Shown one piece after another: positions 61,609 to 64,000 of a stretch of DNA of 64,000 nt (its first letter is position 1; every line of letters starts with the position of its first letter). The translations under genes and the position numbers were made by a program. This DNA comes from Felis catus (Eukaryota), in the NCBI RefSeq assembly GCF_018350175.1, contig NC_058368.1, forward strand, positions 100,256,001 to 100,320,000, read 5' to 3'. The notes below the pieces were generated by a model. The model saw only the letters and a list, made by a program, of their open reading frames with translations, did not search any database and had not been told where the DNA came from.

Positions 61609-62145
61609 AGCAGCGCCTTCAACAATAGCCAAATTATGGAAAGAGCCCAAATGTCCATTAACTAACAAATGGATAAAGAAGATGTGGTTTACATATACAA
61701 TGGAATACTACTTGGCAATGAGAAAGAATGAAATCCTGCCTTTTGCAACAATGTGGAGGGGACTGGAGGGTATTATGCTGAGTGAAATAAGTCAGTCAGA
61801 GAAAGACAGATGTCATATGTTTTCACCCATATGTGGAACTTGGGAGACTTAACGGAGGACCGTCAGGGAAGGGGAGAGGAAAAAAATAGTTTCAAACAGA
61901 GAAGGAGGCGAACCCATAGGAGACTCTTAAATACAGAGAACAAACTGAGGGTTGACGGGGGGTGGGGGAGAGGGGAACATGGGTGATGGGCATTGAGGAG
62001 GGCACTTGTTGGGATGAGCACTGGGTGTTGTATGTAAGTGATGAATCACGGGACTCTACCCCCAGAACCAAGAGCACACTATAGGCACTGTCTGTTAGCT
62101 AACTTGACAGTAAATTATATTTTAAAAATAATGAAATAAATAAAT
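61609..62145 (+). mobile_element. 5'-truncated carnivore/feline L1 (ORF2 C-terminus, 3' UTR, A tail)
   Basis: 61610-61852 translates AAPSTIAKLWKEPKCPLTNKWIKKMWFTYTMEYYLAMRKNEILPFATMW...SEISQSEKDRCHMFSPICG; TSD aaatgttata (61599-61608 / 62146-62155). Confidence 0.95.
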
Positions 62146-62149
62146 AAAT

Positions 62150-62290
62150 GTTATATATATACATATACACATACACATATATATTTATTACATATATTTA
62201 TATCTATTGTATATTTATTTTCTATGTAATAATATATATTTTAAAATATATATTTTTTTATATGTATATAAACATACATATATATTTAAG
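62150..62290. repeat. AT-rich low-complexity (TA)n tract
   Basis: Degenerate TA/TATA repeats. Confidence 0.9.
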
Positions 62291-62899
62291 AAAGGTCTTG
62301 TTTTCTCTCCACATTTATTCTCAACTTAGCTCAGTTGCAAACCTCTGCTCTTTTTGGCAGCCCTCTTCTCTTCAGGGAGCGATCTTTCTCTGACTCAGAC
62401 ATTTCTGCCTTTTCCCCTCTCTCCTGTAAGACCTCTACCTAATTTTTCCAGCTATATTTCAGTTAAAATATCCCTTCTTTCCTGTGTGGGTAATTCATTT
62501 CTCTCCCGTTTATTTTCCGCTCTGCAGTTTCCCTGTCCTTCCCTGGATGAAAGACCTTTTATAGAACCTTCCTAGCTCTCAACATATCTACGCACAGTGA
62601 TTTAGAGTTAGGTTGCAAATTGTCCTCAAATAGGACTTTTTATTTGAGAGAGAATACTTGTAAATACCAAGAATCTCTTCAGATGGAAACTGAAATAAGA
62701 CTTGAACTTATTCCATGCCAAGGAACTGATTTTCCTGTGTTCTATCTTAAATACCAAACACTGTTACCAATTTAAAGAATATTCAGTATTTGACACAGTT
62801 AAAAATCATGTTTATGGACTGGGTATCATGTCACTTCAGAAACTGTTAGCTTTTAGAATGTAAAGTATAAATATAGAAATATATACTTTGGACACCATC

Positions 62900-63900
62900 A
62901 GGCAGAAGGAAAGACATAATGAAAATTGGAGCATTAATCAATGAAATTGAAAACAGGAAAACAGTAGAGAAAATCAATGGAACAAAAAGCTGGTTCTTTG
63001 AAAAAAATCAATAAAATTGATAGATCTCTAGCAAGACCGACAAACATAAAAAGAGAGAAAAGACACAAATCACCAATATTAGGAACCAAACAAGGGCTAT
63101 CCATACTGATCCTGCAGACATCGTGATAAAGGAACACTGCAACCCACTGTATGCTCATAAATTTGACAACTTAGAAGAAATGGACCTGAAAATCACAGCT
63201 ACTAAAACTCAGCCAAGATGAAATAGGCAACCCGAATAGTCCTACAAACATTAAATTCAGTTGGTAATTAAAAAGCTCTTGAGATAGAAACCTTTAAGTC
63301 CAGATGGTTTCACTGGAGAATTCTACCAAACACCTAAGTAATTAACACCACTTTCACACAATCCCTTCCAGGAAATAGAAGAGGAGGGAACATTTCCCAG
63401 CTCATTTTATGAGGTTAATACCACCTTCATATCAAAATCAAAGACAATACAGAAAAAGAAAACCATAGGCCAACATCTCTCATGAACTTAACTCCAAAAC
63501 TCCTCAAGAAAATATGAGCAAATATTTTTGTACAAATCCAACAATGTATAGAAATAGTTATGTGCCATGTCCAAGTGGGATTTATTCCAGGTACGTGAGG
63601 CTGGGTCAATATTTGAAAATCAATTAGTGTGACTCACCATACCAACAGGCTAACGAGGAAAGATCAATGATCCTGTCAATTGACAGAGAAAACACACTTG
63701 ACAAAATCCAGTCCCGAATCATGACAAAAACCATCAGAAAAGTCGGAATAGAGGGGAAACTTCTTCAACTTGATCAAAGGCATCTACAAAACATCTAGAG
63801 CTAACATCATGCATAATGGTGAGAAACTCAAGGCAAGGATGTCCATTCTCACCCTTGGAGTAAGTGCTTGGAATGGAGTGCTAGAAGCTGTAGCTGAGAT
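62900..63900 (+). mobile_element. L1 ORF2 internal fragment (decayed)
   Basis: aaaagctggttctttgaaaaaaatcaataaaattgat (KSWFFEK...), ccagatggtttcactggagaattctaccaaac (PDGFTGEFYQT), caagtgggatttattccagg (QVGFIPG); contains frameshifts and stops. Confidence 0.93.
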
Positions 63901-64000
63901 AAAGAAAAGAAGGAAGAGAGGAAGGAGAGAAAGAAGGAAGGGAGGGAGAGAGGAAGGAAGGGAGGGAGGAAGGAAGGAAGGAAGAAGGGAGGGAGGGAAG
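63900..64000. repeat. Purine-rich (GGAA/GGGA)n simple repeat, runs off the window
   Basis: Pure A/G tract. Confidence 0.95.

Overview
This is mammalian genomic DNA, almost certainly from a felid: about 43 tRNA-derived Can-SINEs are present, several of the young feline type. The only coding sequence I can support is two exons (771-951 and 4093-4244, + strand) of a ZNF474-family gene. It is most likely ZNF475 / 'ZNF474-like' and encodes two C-x2-C-x11-H-x3-C (C2HC) zinc fingers, 108 aa if the ATG at 777 is the start. The remaining ~60 kb looks intergenic: Can-SINEs (many with clear target-site duplications), old and carnivore-type L1 fragments, L2, MIR, MaLR/ERV LTRs, hAT MITEs, microsatellites, and a few repeat-free islands with enhancer-like motif clusters. 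I found no CRISPR array, RNA gene or convincing new protein-coding system. The other ORFs are chance or repeat-derived. The most interesting observations are the exon/SINE architecture of the zinc-finger gene and a nested six-SINE insertion hotspot. Repeat subfamily names come from recalled consensus similarity, not a search, and boundaries of old repeats are approximate.
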